A stretch of DNA of 46,593 nucleotides from Chloroflexota bacterium (GTDB lineage: Archaea; Iainarchaeota; Iainarchaeia; Iainarchaeales; GCA-2688035): positions 1-46,593 of the forward strand of contig JAFCCG010000002.1 in assembly GCA_017610335.1 (NCBI GenBank), written 5' to 3'. Within the stretch, counting starts at the first letter, position 1; each line of letters opens with the position of its first letter. A program made the translations under genes and the position numbers. Of this stretch, positions 1 to 9,537 are shown in pieces. The notes beneath the pieces are model-generated. The model was not told the origin of the DNA. It saw only the letters and a list, made by a program, of their open reading frames with translations, and made no database searches.

Positions 1-21
1 TTTTTTAAGGGGAATTAAGTT

Positions 22-999
22 ATGTCATCAAAAAATGAAGAGTTTTTCAAAGACAAAAAAATACTGGTTACAGGCGGAGCCGGCTCAATAGGCAGCGAAA
101 TTTTAAAAAATCTGCTCAAATTCGGGGCAAAAACTGTAAGAAGCATTGACATAAATGAAAACGGGCAATTTGAGCTAAAGCACGAATTAGAATCCACTGG
201 AAATGCAAGTTTCTTTATTGGAGACATCAGGGACAGGGGCAGAATGCTGATGGCGGTAGAAGACATTGATATCATTTTTCACGCAGCAGCCCTGAAACAG
301 GTTCCGTTATGCGAATACAACCCGTTTGAAGCGGTTAAGACAAACGTGTTTGGAACACAAAACCTTATTGAGGCAGCACTTCAGGCAGGGGTTAAAAAAA
401 TGGTTACAATAAGCACTGACAAGGCCGTGAATCCCGTAAATGTCATGGGGGCAACAAAGCTTCTTGCAGAAAGATTAACAATTTCAGCAAACAGCTACAA
501 AGGCAAGAAAAAAACAGTTTTTTCATGCGTCAGGTTTGGAAATGTTCTGGACTCAAATGGCTCAATCATACCTTTGCTGAAAAAACAGATTAAGGCAGGA
601 GGTCCTGTAACAATTACAGATAATGGAATGACAAGGTTTGTTATGAGCATTCCAAAAGCAATTGGCCTTGTTCTTGAAGCAACAAGGGAAGCACAAGGCG
701 GAGACATCTTTGTACTAAAAATGCCAATAGTTAGGATAAAAGACTTAGCGGAAGTCATGATTGAAGAGCTTGCTCCAAAATATGGTTTTAAGCAGGATGA
801 AATTGAAAGAAAGATAATTGGAAGAAGGTATGGAGAAAAGCTGTTTGAAGAGCTTATGACTTCTGATGAGTGCAGGAATATGGAAGAGTCCGAAGAAATG
901 TTCAAAATTCATTCAATGGAAAGGCTTGTTCAATTCAGGAAAAAAAAGCCAAAGAAAACAAAAGGAATTCATACGATTCAGAAAACGGAAAGCTGTTAA
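22..999 (+). CDS. UDP-GlcNAc 4,6-dehydratase (PseB/FlaA1/CapD-like SDR); natural C-terminus probably frameshifted (true end about 1046)
   Basis: Motifs TGGAGSIG, FHAAALKQVP, STDKAVNPVNVMGATK, CVRFGNV and GEKLFEEL of the Polysacc_synt_2 family. Confidence 0.9.
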   Translation: MSSKNEEFFKDKKILVTGGAGSIGSEILKNLLKFGAKTVRSIDINENGQFELKHELESTGNASFFIGDIRDRGRMLMAVEDIDIIFHAAALKQVPLCEYNPFEAVKTNVFGTQNLIEAALQAGVKKMVTISTDKAVNPVNVMGATKLLAERLTISANSYKGKKKTVFSCVRFGNVLDSNGSIIPLLKKQIKAGGPVTITDNGMTRFVMSIPKAIGLVLEATREAQGGDIFVLKMPIVRIKDLAEVMIEELAPKYGFKQDEIERKIIGRRYGEKLFEELMTSDECRNMEESEEMFKIHSMERLVQFRKKKPKKTKGIHTIQKTESC

Positions 1000-1051
1000 G
1001 CAAGAAAGAAACAAGAGAAATGCTGAAAGAGGCAAAAGTTCTTTAAAAAAA
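817..1051 (+). repeat. Direct repeat copy 1 (3' end of dehydratase gene); copy 2 at 2619-2820
   Basis: 817-930 is identical to 2619-2732. 964-1051 matches 2733-2820 with one mismatch. Copy 2 lacks 931-963 (33 bp). Confidence 0.95.
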
Positions 1052-1188
1052 CATTGAAAAACATAAGAAATTAAATAGCTCCATTTCAAAACAATAAACT
1101 GAAGAAAATTTGCATTTCCTGCGAAAACAGGTAAAAAAATAAAAATTCTAAAAAGCAAAATTAAATTGGAAAAGAAGGTGACAAAAAA

Positions 1189-1860
1189 ATGAAATGCCCG
1201 AATTGTGGAGCAAGATTTTATGAAAAAAAAATAGTAAAAAAAACCTTTACCAAAATAGACAATGTAAAAAATCTTAATGTTGGATGTGGAGAAGAAGAAC
1301 TTGTTAAAGGATGGCTCAATATTGGACTATTTTCAGAAGACAAAATCCCTTATGGTTCAATCATAAGCAAGAACGGAACAAGAGTATTGAATTTTGATTT
1401 AACACAAAATCTTCCATTGCCCGAAAATAGCATAGAGTATGTATATGGAAGCCATTTTATTGAACATTTGAGTTTCAACGACGGTTTAATGTTTTTGAAA
1501 AGAATGCACACAGTTATGAAAAAAGGCGGAGTAATCAGGCAATGTTTTCCAGACCTTGAATTGTGGATTAAAAACTATTATGAAAACAACAATAAATTTT
1601 TTAACGAATACAAGTCAACGTTTTCTTCATGCAAGCAGGCAAAAACCAAGGGACAGATTTTTATGACACAAGTTCATGCTTTTGGCCACAGATGGGGTTA
1701 CGATTTTGATTCAATGAAAGATTCCTTTGAAAGGGCAGGATTTTCAAATGTTGCCAAAAAAAAAGTTCATGAAAGTTTGATACCGGAAATTAAGAAAATA
1801 GAGCCCTGTTGGAGAGGGCGGGTTCTGGAAACGGCTTATGTTGAAGCTAAAAAAGCTTGA
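1189..1860 (+). CDS. Class I SAM-dependent methyltransferase (type 11-like)
   Basis: LNVGCG motif I, LPLPENSIEYVYGSHFIEHL, MKKGG; GGTGA RBS upstream. Confidence 0.85.
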   Translation: MKCPNCGARFYEKKIVKKTFTKIDNVKNLNVGCGEEELVKGWLNIGLFSEDKIPYGSIISKNGTRVLNFDLTQNLPLPENSIEYVYGSHFIEHLSFNDGLMFLKRMHTVMKKGGVIRQCFPDLELWIKNYYENNNKFFNEYKSTFSSCKQAKTKGQIFMTQVHAFGHRWGYDFDSMKDSFERAGFSNVAKKKVHESLIPEIKKIEPCWRGRVLETAYVEAKKA

Positions 1861-1871
1861 AAGGGATTAAC

Positions 1872-2355
1872 ATGAAAAAAAGAAAAAGAACTGTTCAGAA
1901 CAAGGCAAACAGCTTTAATGCCATAAGGCATGCCATAAAAGAATTTGAAAAAATTTATGGCAAGAAAGTAAGCCATATAGTGCTATTGCAGCCAACCTCT
2001 CCATTTAGGGAAGCAAGGCATATTAACAAGGCATTAGAAAAGTTTTTTGAATCAAAAGCAAATTCGCTTTCCTCTGTTGTAAAAGCAAAAGATGGAAACA
2101 AATTCCTGGTTTATCTTAAAAAAGGAAAGCCAATAATTCTTTCAACAGGAATGGAAACAATGCAGGAGATTCAAAACGCATTGGAAGTCATTTATAAGAC
2201 GGGCAACAAAAAAATAATCGCTCTGCATTGCACCACCAATTATCCCTGCGACTTAAAGCAAGTGAACTTGAATGCAATGCTTTCGATGAAAGAAGAGCTT
2301 GACTGTCTTGTGGGATTCTCAGACCATAGCTTAAGCATGGTTGTGCCAGGTGCAG
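1872..2355 (+). pseudogene. In-frame chimera of a CMP-nonulosonate synthetase (NeuA-like) fragment and a nonulosonate synthase (NeuB-like) fragment
   Basis: IVLLQPTSPFR...SLSSV (NeuA middle) is joined to KPIILSTGM...LHCTTNYP...VGFSDHS (NeuB middle); both ends of both enzymes are missing. Confidence 0.85.
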
Positions 2356-2478
2356 CCAGTGCATTTGAAAACAGCTTACAGAAAGCAATTTGACTGCAGG
2401 AAAGGAATGCTTCCGATTACTGAAAAGATTGCAAAAAAGGTTTTAACCCTGCCATTTCATGCAAAAATCAAAGCATAA
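2356..2478 (+). pseudogene. C-terminal fragment of DegT/DnrJ/EryC1/StrS sugar aminotransferase
   Basis: Manual translation PVHLKTAYRKQFDCRKGMLPITEKIAKKVLTLPFHAKI matches the family C-terminal signature; not in the ORF track. Confidence 0.8.
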
Positions 2479-2820
2479 GAAGCCTTGACATAAATGAGAA
2501 CAGGCAATTTGAGCTCAAGCACGAGCTTGGAAACCCAAAAAATATTGGCTTTCTGATTGGAGATATCAGGGACAGGGAAAGAATGATGATGGCGGTGGAA
2601 GATATTGAGAGAAAAATCATTGGAAGAAGGTATGGAGAAAAGCTGTTTGAAGAGCTTATGACTTCTGATGAGTGCAGGAATATGGAAGAGTCCGAAGAAA
2701 TGTTCAAAATTCATTCAATGGAAAGGCTTGTTGGAATTCATATGATTCAGAAAACGGAAAGCTGTTAAGCAAGAAAGAAACAAGAGAAATGCTGAAAGAG
2801 GCAAAAGTTCTTTAAAAAAA
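2474..2820 (+). pseudogene. Internally deleted second copy of the 4,6-dehydratase
   Basis: IRSLDINENRQFELKHEL...MAVEDIE is a diverged match to about 136-270 and is fused directly to RKIIGRRYGEK... (nucleotide-identical to the 3' part of gene 22..999 from 817). Confidence 0.9.
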
Positions 2821-2827
2821 AAAGAGA

Positions 2828-3787
2828 GTGAAAAAAATGAGACCAATATATGATGTACCAGTTATACAAATTGACGTAACCAATGCATGCACGCATGAAT
2901 GCGCAAATTGCACAAGGTTTGTAGGACACTACAAAAAGCCGTTTTTTATGGACCTGAAAACCGTAGAAAAAGCCCTTGATTCAGTTAAAGACTTTCCAAA
3001 AAACATAGGATTAATGGGTGGAGAGCCTACACTGCACCCGCAATTTGAAGAAATTTGCAAGCTTTACCAGGAAAAAATTCCGGAAAAAAGAAGGAGGAGA
3101 TTCTGGACATCCGGCTACAAATGGAAAGAATATGAAAAAATTATCAAAGAAACTTTTGACATGGACATAATAAGTTACAATGACCACTCAAACAAAGACG
3201 AAGGCTGGCACCAGCCATTGCTTATTGCTTCCGACGAAATAATAGAAGACAAGGAGCTAATGTGGAAGTTAATTGATGACTGTTGGATTCAAAAAAGATG
3301 GTCTCCCTCAATAACTCCAAAAGGTGCATTCTTCTGTGAGGTTGCAGCAGCCCTTGACATGATGTTTGATGGTCCAGGAGGCTGGCCAATTGAAAAAGAC
3401 TGGTGGAAAAAAGAGCCAAAAGACTTCCAAGACCAGGTTAAAAGATACTGCGTAATGTGCAGTGCCGCAATCCCTTTAGAGATTCCAAGCAGCCACTTAC
3501 AGTACGACATTATATCAAAAGGAAACCTGAAAAGACTTGAAAAAATTGGCTCGCCAAAATACCTAAAAAAAGCATTCAAAATATATGACAAAAAATACAC
3601 CTATGAAGACTACAAAAAATACTTCAAAAACTGGGCGCCTGGGCATTACAGGGATTTTGTTCAGCATGATCCAAAAAAAAGGGAAAAGGACACTGAAATA
3701 AAAAAGCCTTGGGCAACCTTTGACAAAAACGAAGTATGTAATGCAGGCCTAAATGCCAAAGAAAAAAAGGTAAAAGGAAAACAGTAA
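2828..3787 (+). CDS. Radical SAM protein, uncharacterised
   Basis: CxxxCxxC (CTHECANC), GGEPTLHP, additional C-terminal cysteines. Confidence 0.85.
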   Translation: MKKMRPIYDVPVIQIDVTNACTHECANCTRFVGHYKKPFFMDLKTVEKALDSVKDFPKNIGLMGGEPTLHPQFEEICKLYQEKIPEKRRRRFWTSGYKWKEYEKIIKETFDMDIISYNDHSNKDEGWHQPLLIASDEIIEDKELMWKLIDDCWIQKRWSPSITPKGAFFCEVAAALDMMFDGPGGWPIEKDWWKKEPKDFQDQVKRYCVMCSAAIPLEIPSSHLQYDIISKGNLKRLEKIGSPKYLKKAFKIYDKKYTYEDYKKYFKNWAPGHYRDFVQHDPKKREKDTEIKKPWATFDKNEVCNAGLNAKEKKVKGKQ

Positions 3788-4061
3788 AAGCAATTCTTGC
3801 AGCAAACACTAAACAAAACAGGCGAATGCAAGTTGCCAGAAAAGCCTGAACAAAAAAAAAGATTTTAAACAAGATTGTACCAAATGACTTTAAATAAAAG
3901 CAAAAAACTAGGTAAAAAGCCTTACGCCAAACAAAAGCAAAATTCCAGTAAATTTGACATTGACAATGCTTTCAAATATATCAATGATCAAAATCTTGAA
4001 AAGAAGATTTTGAAAAGACATAGGAACAGGCAATGGGTCAAAAAGAATTGGATGGGAATGA

Positions 4062-4976
4062 ATGCAAATGCTGATAACTAACCAAGAGGCTGAACCAAAT
4101 TATTACTTTTCAAAGCCTGAAAAAAAGCCAAAGCCGGTACCAGGTGAAAGAGCAAGAACATTTCAGGATAAAACTATCTCAGGTCTTAACAGCGCAAGGT
4201 ATGCTGTGGAAGAGCCATTGAAGCTAAGGCTCCTAAGAATGTTGCATAAGAAAGAGTACTCAACACAGGAAAAGAACCCTTTGGTTACTGTTTACACACC
4301 AACTTATAACAGGGCAAAACTTTTGATGGAACGGGCTTTGCCGTCTGTTCTTGACCAAAGCTACAAAAATATAGAATATATTATTATTGGAGACTGCTGC
4401 ACTGATGAAACAGCAGACCTTGTCAAATCAATGAAAGATAAGAGGATTAGGTTTTACAACCTGCCAAAAAAGTGCAGTAACTTTCCCCAAGATGTAAAAG
4501 GCAGATGGTTTGCAGGGCCTGTTGGGCCGTCCAACGTCGCCCTTGATAAGGCAAAAGGCAAGTGGATTGCCCGCATTGACGACGATGACTCGTTTACAAA
4601 GGACCATATAGAATTACTGTTGAGATTTGCACAGGAAGGAAACTATGAATTTGTTTCGGCTGCCTATAAAGCAAAAAGACAGGGCAAAGAATATGTAGTG
4701 GATGTGAAAGATATTATCCCCAAAATTGGCGGAACCTCAACCTGGCTTTACCGTTCCTATTTAAAGAGTTTTAAGTATAATATAAACTGCTGGAGAAAGA
4801 ACTGGAACTGCGTCAATGATACAGACCTTGTTTACCGCCTGTATAAAGCAGGAGTGAGAATGGACTTTTTGGACAAGGTTGTTTCCTATGTGTTTCCAAG
4901 GCCTGGAGAGCAGACAATTGGCATTGAGGCCTACAAAGAAGCTGAAAAGGAAGGGCGAAAAACCTATAATGAGTGA
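4062..4976 (+). CDS. Glycosyltransferase family 2
   Basis: VTVYTPTYNR, IGDCCTD, IARIDDDD motifs. Confidence 0.88.
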   Translation: MQMLITNQEAEPNYYFSKPEKKPKPVPGERARTFQDKTISGLNSARYAVEEPLKLRLLRMLHKKEYSTQEKNPLVTVYTPTYNRAKLLMERALPSVLDQSYKNIEYIIIGDCCTDETADLVKSMKDKRIRFYNLPKKCSNFPQDVKGRWFAGPVGPSNVALDKAKGKWIARIDDDDSFTKDHIELLLRFAQEGNYEFVSAAYKAKRQGKEYVVDVKDIIPKIGGTSTWLYRSYLKSFKYNINCWRKNWNCVNDTDLVYRLYKAGVRMDFLDKVVSYVFPRPGEQTIGIEAYKEAEKEGRKTYNE

Positions 4977-5090
4977 ATTTTAAATAGCCTGATGTGCTTT
5001 CCTATGAATTTTGTTTGTTAGCCCAAAGCTCAATGCGGCATGAGGGTTATGACAAAAACAGGCCATTGCTGAAACAATACATGCAAGCAG

Positions 5091-6662
5091 TTAAATAAAC
5101 CGCTTTATAAAGTGTCTTATTGGACCGATTCTTACACCTGTTTTCTTTTCTATAGACCTCAAAATGTCAATATCTTCTGGCTGAAGGCCCCTGAAAGCAA
5201 CAAAAAACAAGCCATAAAGGAAAAGAAAGCTAACACCAAGAGCAATCAAAAGAATAAAGTTTAACGGAAAAGCAAGGGACTCAAGGCTCGGCAAGGCATT
5301 CTTTAAAAAGTAAAACAGGATAATTGAAAGGCAGGCAACAAAAGTTGGCACAGAATATGCCTTGTTGTATGGATGCAACTTTGTGAAAGCAAACACTTCC
5401 AGAAAGGCCATAAAATTCCACAGCACATAAGAAAAGGATGTTGCAAGAGCAGCACCAATTATTGCGTTTCCACTGGCTTCAAATAATGAAATAAGCCAAA
5501 GGTTGAGAAAAATATTGAAAACACTGCATATTACCGTGTTAAAAAAAATAAGCTTTGTCTTTTTGATGCTTTCAAGAATTGAACTGACAGGGCCAATACA
5601 GCTTACTATAAAAATGCCTGAAGCAAGAATTATCATTGCTGTTGCACCCTGAACATAAACCGGGCCAAACAGCACCGCCAAAATTCCGCGGCTGAACAAG
5701 ACTGTGAAAAGAAAAACAGGGAAAATCAGGGAAAAAATCCACCTTGTGACAATCTTGAACATTTTTTGCATTTCTGCCATTTTTTTTTGCGCATAAAGCC
5801 CGGTTATTATGGGCAAAAAAAGCGAGCCAAAAGCAAACGGCGCTACCAAAAGCAGGTTTGCAGTAGGCGTTGCAACGCCGTAAATTCCTGCATCATAAGC
5901 CTGGCTAAGGTGGCCAAGCATTATTATATCAATTGAACTCAGCAATACACTAAAAAATCCAATCGCAAGCAATGGCCAGCTATAACTTAAAACATCTTTC
6001 ATGTCATTGTAATGTTTTAATCCAGAACCAAATATTGGAAAAACCTTTTTTTGAACAAAATAAAGAGACAAAACAAATGCTGTAATAATACTTAATACAA
6101 TTCCAACAACTGCTCCAAAAAGCCCAAAGCCAAGCAAAAGCAAAATTCCTGTAAACCCTACTTTTGCAACATTTTCCAGCACATTTCTGATTAAAATCTT
6201 ATACTCTATTTTTTTGAAAGCCACAGTTACAATCATTAAACTTGAGGTAAGTGTAAAGAAAGGTAAAGAAATTGAAAACAGTTGCAAAACAGATGTAAGT
6301 TCAGGATTGTGAAAGAAGGTAACAGCAAGCCAGTCAGAGGAAAAAAACAATGCAATTGCAAGAACTATTGACAAAATTAGCTGGACTTTTAATGCAAATC
6401 TAATTACACCCCTTGCATTTTCATCTTTTCCTAAAGCATTGTGTCTTGCCACAAAATGCATAATACCCTGATAAAGTCCAAAAGCAGCAAAGACAGTTAA
6501 AATTCCAACAATACTAACTCCAATTGAAAAAACACCAAATGCTTCAGGACCAAGACCGCGTGCTACAAGCACTCTGTAAAGATATGACAAAACCTTGCTT
6601 ATGGCAAATCCTGCAAAGTAAAATCCAGCACCCTTTGCAATCAACGAAAGATCTTTGCCCAA
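5091..6662 (-). CDS. Oligosaccharide flippase (Wzx/MOP family)
   Basis: ARGLGPEAFGVF, IDIIMLG, AGIYGVA, IGAALAT; about 14 hydrophobic segments. Confidence 0.9.
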   Translation of the reverse strand: MGKDLSLIAKGAGFYFAGFAISKVLSYLYRVLVARGLGPEAFGVFSIGVSIVGILTVFAAFGLYQGIMHFVARHNALGKDENARGVIRFALKVQLILSIVLAIALFFSSDWLAVTFFHNPELTSVLQLFSISLPFFTLTSSLMIVTVAFKKIEYKILIRNVLENVAKVGFTGILLLLGFGLFGAVVGIVLSIITAFVLSLYFVQKKVFPIFGSGLKHYNDMKDVLSYSWPLLAIGFFSVLLSSIDIIMLGHLSQAYDAGIYGVATPTANLLLVAPFAFGSLFLPIITGLYAQKKMAEMQKMFKIVTRWIFSLIFPVFLFTVLFSRGILAVLFGPVYVQGATAMIILASGIFIVSCIGPVSSILESIKKTKLIFFNTVICSVFNIFLNLWLISLFEASGNAIIGAALATSFSYVLWNFMAFLEVFAFTKLHPYNKAYSVPTFVACLSIILFYFLKNALPSLESLAFPLNFILLIALGVSFLFLYGLFFVAFRGLQPEDIDILRSIEKKTGVRIGPIRHFIKRFI

Positions 6663-6666
6663 AAAA

Positions 6667-8220
6667 TCACCGGTTTACCCCATATAAATTTGAACAGCCA
6701 TCTGAAAAAACTTTTACCAACTTGCCCTGACTTTCAAGCTCTTCCAAAACATCTTTGTTCCATGGATTTTTGTAACATGTTTCAGCCAAATGAGTTATGC
6801 CTGATTCATTCAGCTTTAAATAAAGTTGCTCAGATTCCAATCTCATAAAAGTTGTTGGTGAAATTGCTTCTTTGCCGGCAATAAATTCAATCTGTCTTGT
6901 CTTATTTCCATGAATTACAATCTTGCTTTCATCAGGAAGATCTTTAACAAACTCATACAAAGGAACATGATTGTTATAATCCTGATTAAAATGCAGTGCA
7001 TAAAAGCAGGAAAAGACTACAGCATATAATGCTAAAAGTAAGAAAAGTAAGGTGAAAAACTTTTTCCAGGGAAACTTTAATTCCTTAAAAGCATTTGAAA
7101 ACGCTATTCCAAGCAATGGCATAACAGGTAAGATCATCCTTCCCTGCACAAACATTCGGCCTCTTGAAATTACAGGAACAAGTGATATTGCAAAGCAAAC
7201 TGCAAGCAAAACAAACGACATGAACAAAGGGCTTCTTCTGTTACCCAAACCTTTAACAAGCCCGTAAAAAAGTAACATCAGAAAAGGAAAGCTTATCAAA
7301 GTAAAAACAGCAAACACCATTGAAGATGAAATACCAAAAGGCAGTGATTCAAAACCCTGCGGCAAAAAGAACCAAAAGCCGGCATTGAAATTTAAAGGGT
7401 AAAGAAAAATTGATTCAAATGTTGCAGAAACAGTGGATGTTACAAAAAGCTCGGTTACACCAGAATCAATAGCAGAGCTTACGCCGCCTGTTGCTGCAAA
7501 GCTTATGACAAACCAGGCAGAAAAAAGAAGAATTGCTGCAACAACAAAGCAAACAGCCGGAGAAATGCTTTTGAAATCCCTTGAAGGCATTTTTTTCAGC
7601 AGTGCATAAAGGAAAAAAACAAAAAATACAGGAACAAGAATTGTTGCACTTTCCTTTGAAATGGCAAGAAGCATTAATGCAAACGGCATTACAACAATAA
7701 ACTTTTTGCTTCCTGTTTCAAGATAACGCCAGTAAACAAAAAAGCAAAACAACACTGTTACAGAAGCAAGTGTTTCAAGGTAATTTACTCCGCCAAAAAT
7801 AACCAGTAGTGGTTGTATTGCTACAAAAGCAAAGCCAAAAATCCAGTTTTTTGGAAACATTCTTTTCAGCAAAATGAAAGACAAAAGCAATTGCAGAAAT
7901 GAAAAAATAACCGGAAAAATTTTTGCCACGGCAAGAGTAACAGGAATTTGAAACAGAATAAAAAATCCAGAAGTTAAAAAATGGAACAATGGAACAGGCA
8001 TGTCAACAACACCTGCTTTAGGTATTCCCTGAAAAGGAATTGCATAATTTTGCACAATGTATTTTGTAATAGTCAAATGGTACATGCTGTCGGTTAAAGC
8101 TGTATCAGGAAGCATAAAAAGCACGAAAATTCTGGCCAAAATAGCCAAAAGTATTATGGCTGAAAAGATTTTCACTTCAAGGCTTTGCCTAAAAAAACCC
8201 TGAAAAAAATTGAACTGCAT
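6667..8220 (-). CDS. Polytopic membrane protein, probable GT-C fold (PMT/ArnT-like) glycosyltransferase
   Basis: TM1 followed by a DSMYH loop, then PLFH, YLET, SKES and RMILP, with a soluble C-terminal domain. Confidence 0.65.
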   Translation of the reverse strand: MQFNFFQGFFRQSLEVKIFSAIILLAILARIFVLFMLPDTALTDSMYHLTITKYIVQNYAIPFQGIPKAGVVDMPVPLFHFLTSGFFILFQIPVTLAVAKIFPVIFSFLQLLLSFILLKRMFPKNWIFGFAFVAIQPLLVIFGGVNYLETLASVTVLFCFFVYWRYLETGSKKFIVVMPFALMLLAISKESATILVPVFFVFFLYALLKKMPSRDFKSISPAVCFVVAAILLFSAWFVISFAATGGVSSAIDSGVTELFVTSTVSATFESIFLYPLNFNAGFWFFLPQGFESLPFGISSSMVFAVFTLISFPFLMLLFYGLVKGLGNRRSPLFMSFVLLAVCFAISLVPVISRGRMFVQGRMILPVMPLLGIAFSNAFKELKFPWKKFFTLLFLLLALYAVVFSCFYALHFNQDYNNHVPLYEFVKDLPDESKIVIHGNKTRQIEFIAGKEAISPTTFMRLESEQLYLKLNESGITHLAETCYKNPWNKDVLEELESQGKLVKVFSDGCSNLYGVNR

Positions 8221-8315
8221 TTAATACAGTTAATCCAAAAAGGTATTTAAAGAAAAGGGCAAAGTTATAGTACGTTAATCAAAAAATAACGATTTTAAAA
8301 GAGTTAAAGGCAAAA

Positions 8316-9296
8316 TTGATTACAATGAAAAAAATGTTAAAGCTTGTAGTGCTAATCCCTGCGCTCAACGAGGAAAAAACAATTGCCACAGTAATCAAAG
8401 CAATTCCAAGAAAAATTGAAGGAATTTCAAAAGTACTTGTTTTAGTAGTTGACGACGGAAGCACTGACAGAACAGTACAAAAGGCAAGACTTGCAAAAGC
8501 TAACAAAATCGTTTCACACAAGGGAAACAAAGGTCTCGGAATAGCATTCCAAACAGGACTTGACACAGCCCTTAAAATGGGCGCAAGAATTATTGTAAAC
8601 ATTGACGCAGACGGGCAATTCAATCCAAAAGACATTCCAAAAATCATTGCACCAATTTTACAAGACAAAGCAGATGTTGTCATATGCAGCCGTTTTTTGG
8701 ACAAAAGCCTTGAATCAAAAATGCCAGGAATTAAAAAATTCGGAAACAGATTGTTTACAAAAATAATAAACCTGTTTACAGGAAGCCATTTTACTGATAC
8801 ACAATGCGGCTTCAGAGCATACAGCAAAGAAGCCGCTTTGAGAATGAACCTGTTTGCAAAATTCACTTACACACAGGAAGTTTTAATGGACCTTTCACAG
8901 AAAGGAATGCGAATTGAAGAAGTTGCCTGCAAAGTAGAGGGAAAACGCAACGGTCAAAGCAGAATTGTATCACACTGGTATAGTTATGGAATAAGAGCAT
9001 TGATAATAGTAGTAAGAAGTTTAAGAGACTACAAACCATTACAGTTTTTTGGGATTATCGGCACAATCTTTTTCCTTATAGGAGCAATAAGCGCATTTAT
9101 TCTCTGGATAAGACTTATACTAATCCACCAAATAGACCCATTCATGTGGATTGTTTACACAGACGTTATCTTAATCGTTCTCGGATTCCTTTTGATAATT
9201 CTTGCACTAATCGCAGACCTTGTTGACAGACAAAAAAGAATACAGGAAGAAATCCTTTACAGAATTAAGAAAAAAGAAATTGAAAAAATTCAATAA
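8316..9296 (+). CDS. GT2 polyprenol-phosphate glycosyltransferase (DPM synthase-like) with two C-terminal TM helices
   Basis: IPALNEE, VDDGSTD, NKGLG, DADGQ, DTQCGFRA; start may be 8325 or 8334. Confidence 0.9.
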   Translation: MITMKKMLKLVVLIPALNEEKTIATVIKAIPRKIEGISKVLVLVVDDGSTDRTVQKARLAKANKIVSHKGNKGLGIAFQTGLDTALKMGARIIVNIDADGQFNPKDIPKIIAPILQDKADVVICSRFLDKSLESKMPGIKKFGNRLFTKIINLFTGSHFTDTQCGFRAYSKEAALRMNLFAKFTYTQEVLMDLSQKGMRIEEVACKVEGKRNGQSRIVSHWYSYGIRALIIVVRSLRDYKPLQFFGIIGTIFFLIGAISAFILWIRLILIHQIDPFMWIVYTDVILIVLGFLLIILALIADLVDRQKRIQEEILYRIKKKEIEKIQ

Positions 9297-9304
9297 ATCA
9301 AAAA
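9134..9304 (+). repeat. 171-bp direct repeat copy 1 (3' end of GT2 gene); copy 2 at 12108-12278
   Basis: Read-through comparison shows one mismatch (gcagacc vs gcaaacc). Confidence 0.95.
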
Positions 9305-9349
9305 AAATAGAATTAAAAAAAAACAAACAAGTGTTTCAATTTGATTTGA

Positions 9350-9405
9350 TTTCCAAGATTGTACCAAATTGGTTAAGTTAAAAAAGAAAACCTCTTTGAT
9401 TATTA
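9350..9405 (+). repeat. 56-bp identical copy of the divergent-promoter region at 13615-13670
   Basis: tttccaagattgtaccaaattggttaagttaaaaaagaaaacctctttgattatta occurs at both places, with diverged similarity on both flanks. Confidence 0.92.
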
Positions 9406-9443
9406 CTTATAATACTCACTTACAATACATTTTTGGAGACCGC

Positions 9444-9533
9444 ATGAATATTGTATGTTTTAACCCCTCCAAAGAATTGCTTAAAACAAGCTTTAGAAGC
9501 GGCTGGAGCCTGCTACAATATATCAGGGGATAA
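9444..9533 (+). pseudogene. 29-codon collapsed homolog of radical SAM gene 13708..15120
   Basis: MNIVCFNP-SKELLKTSFRSGWSLLQYIRG* versus MNIVFLNP...NLLKTSFRSGWSLLQYIK*. Confidence 0.88.
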
Positions 9534-9537
9534 AGAG

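Noticed and set aside
3875-4081. 68-aa Lys-rich ORF
   Set aside because: No recognisable motif and it spans a promoter-like sequence; possibly debris.
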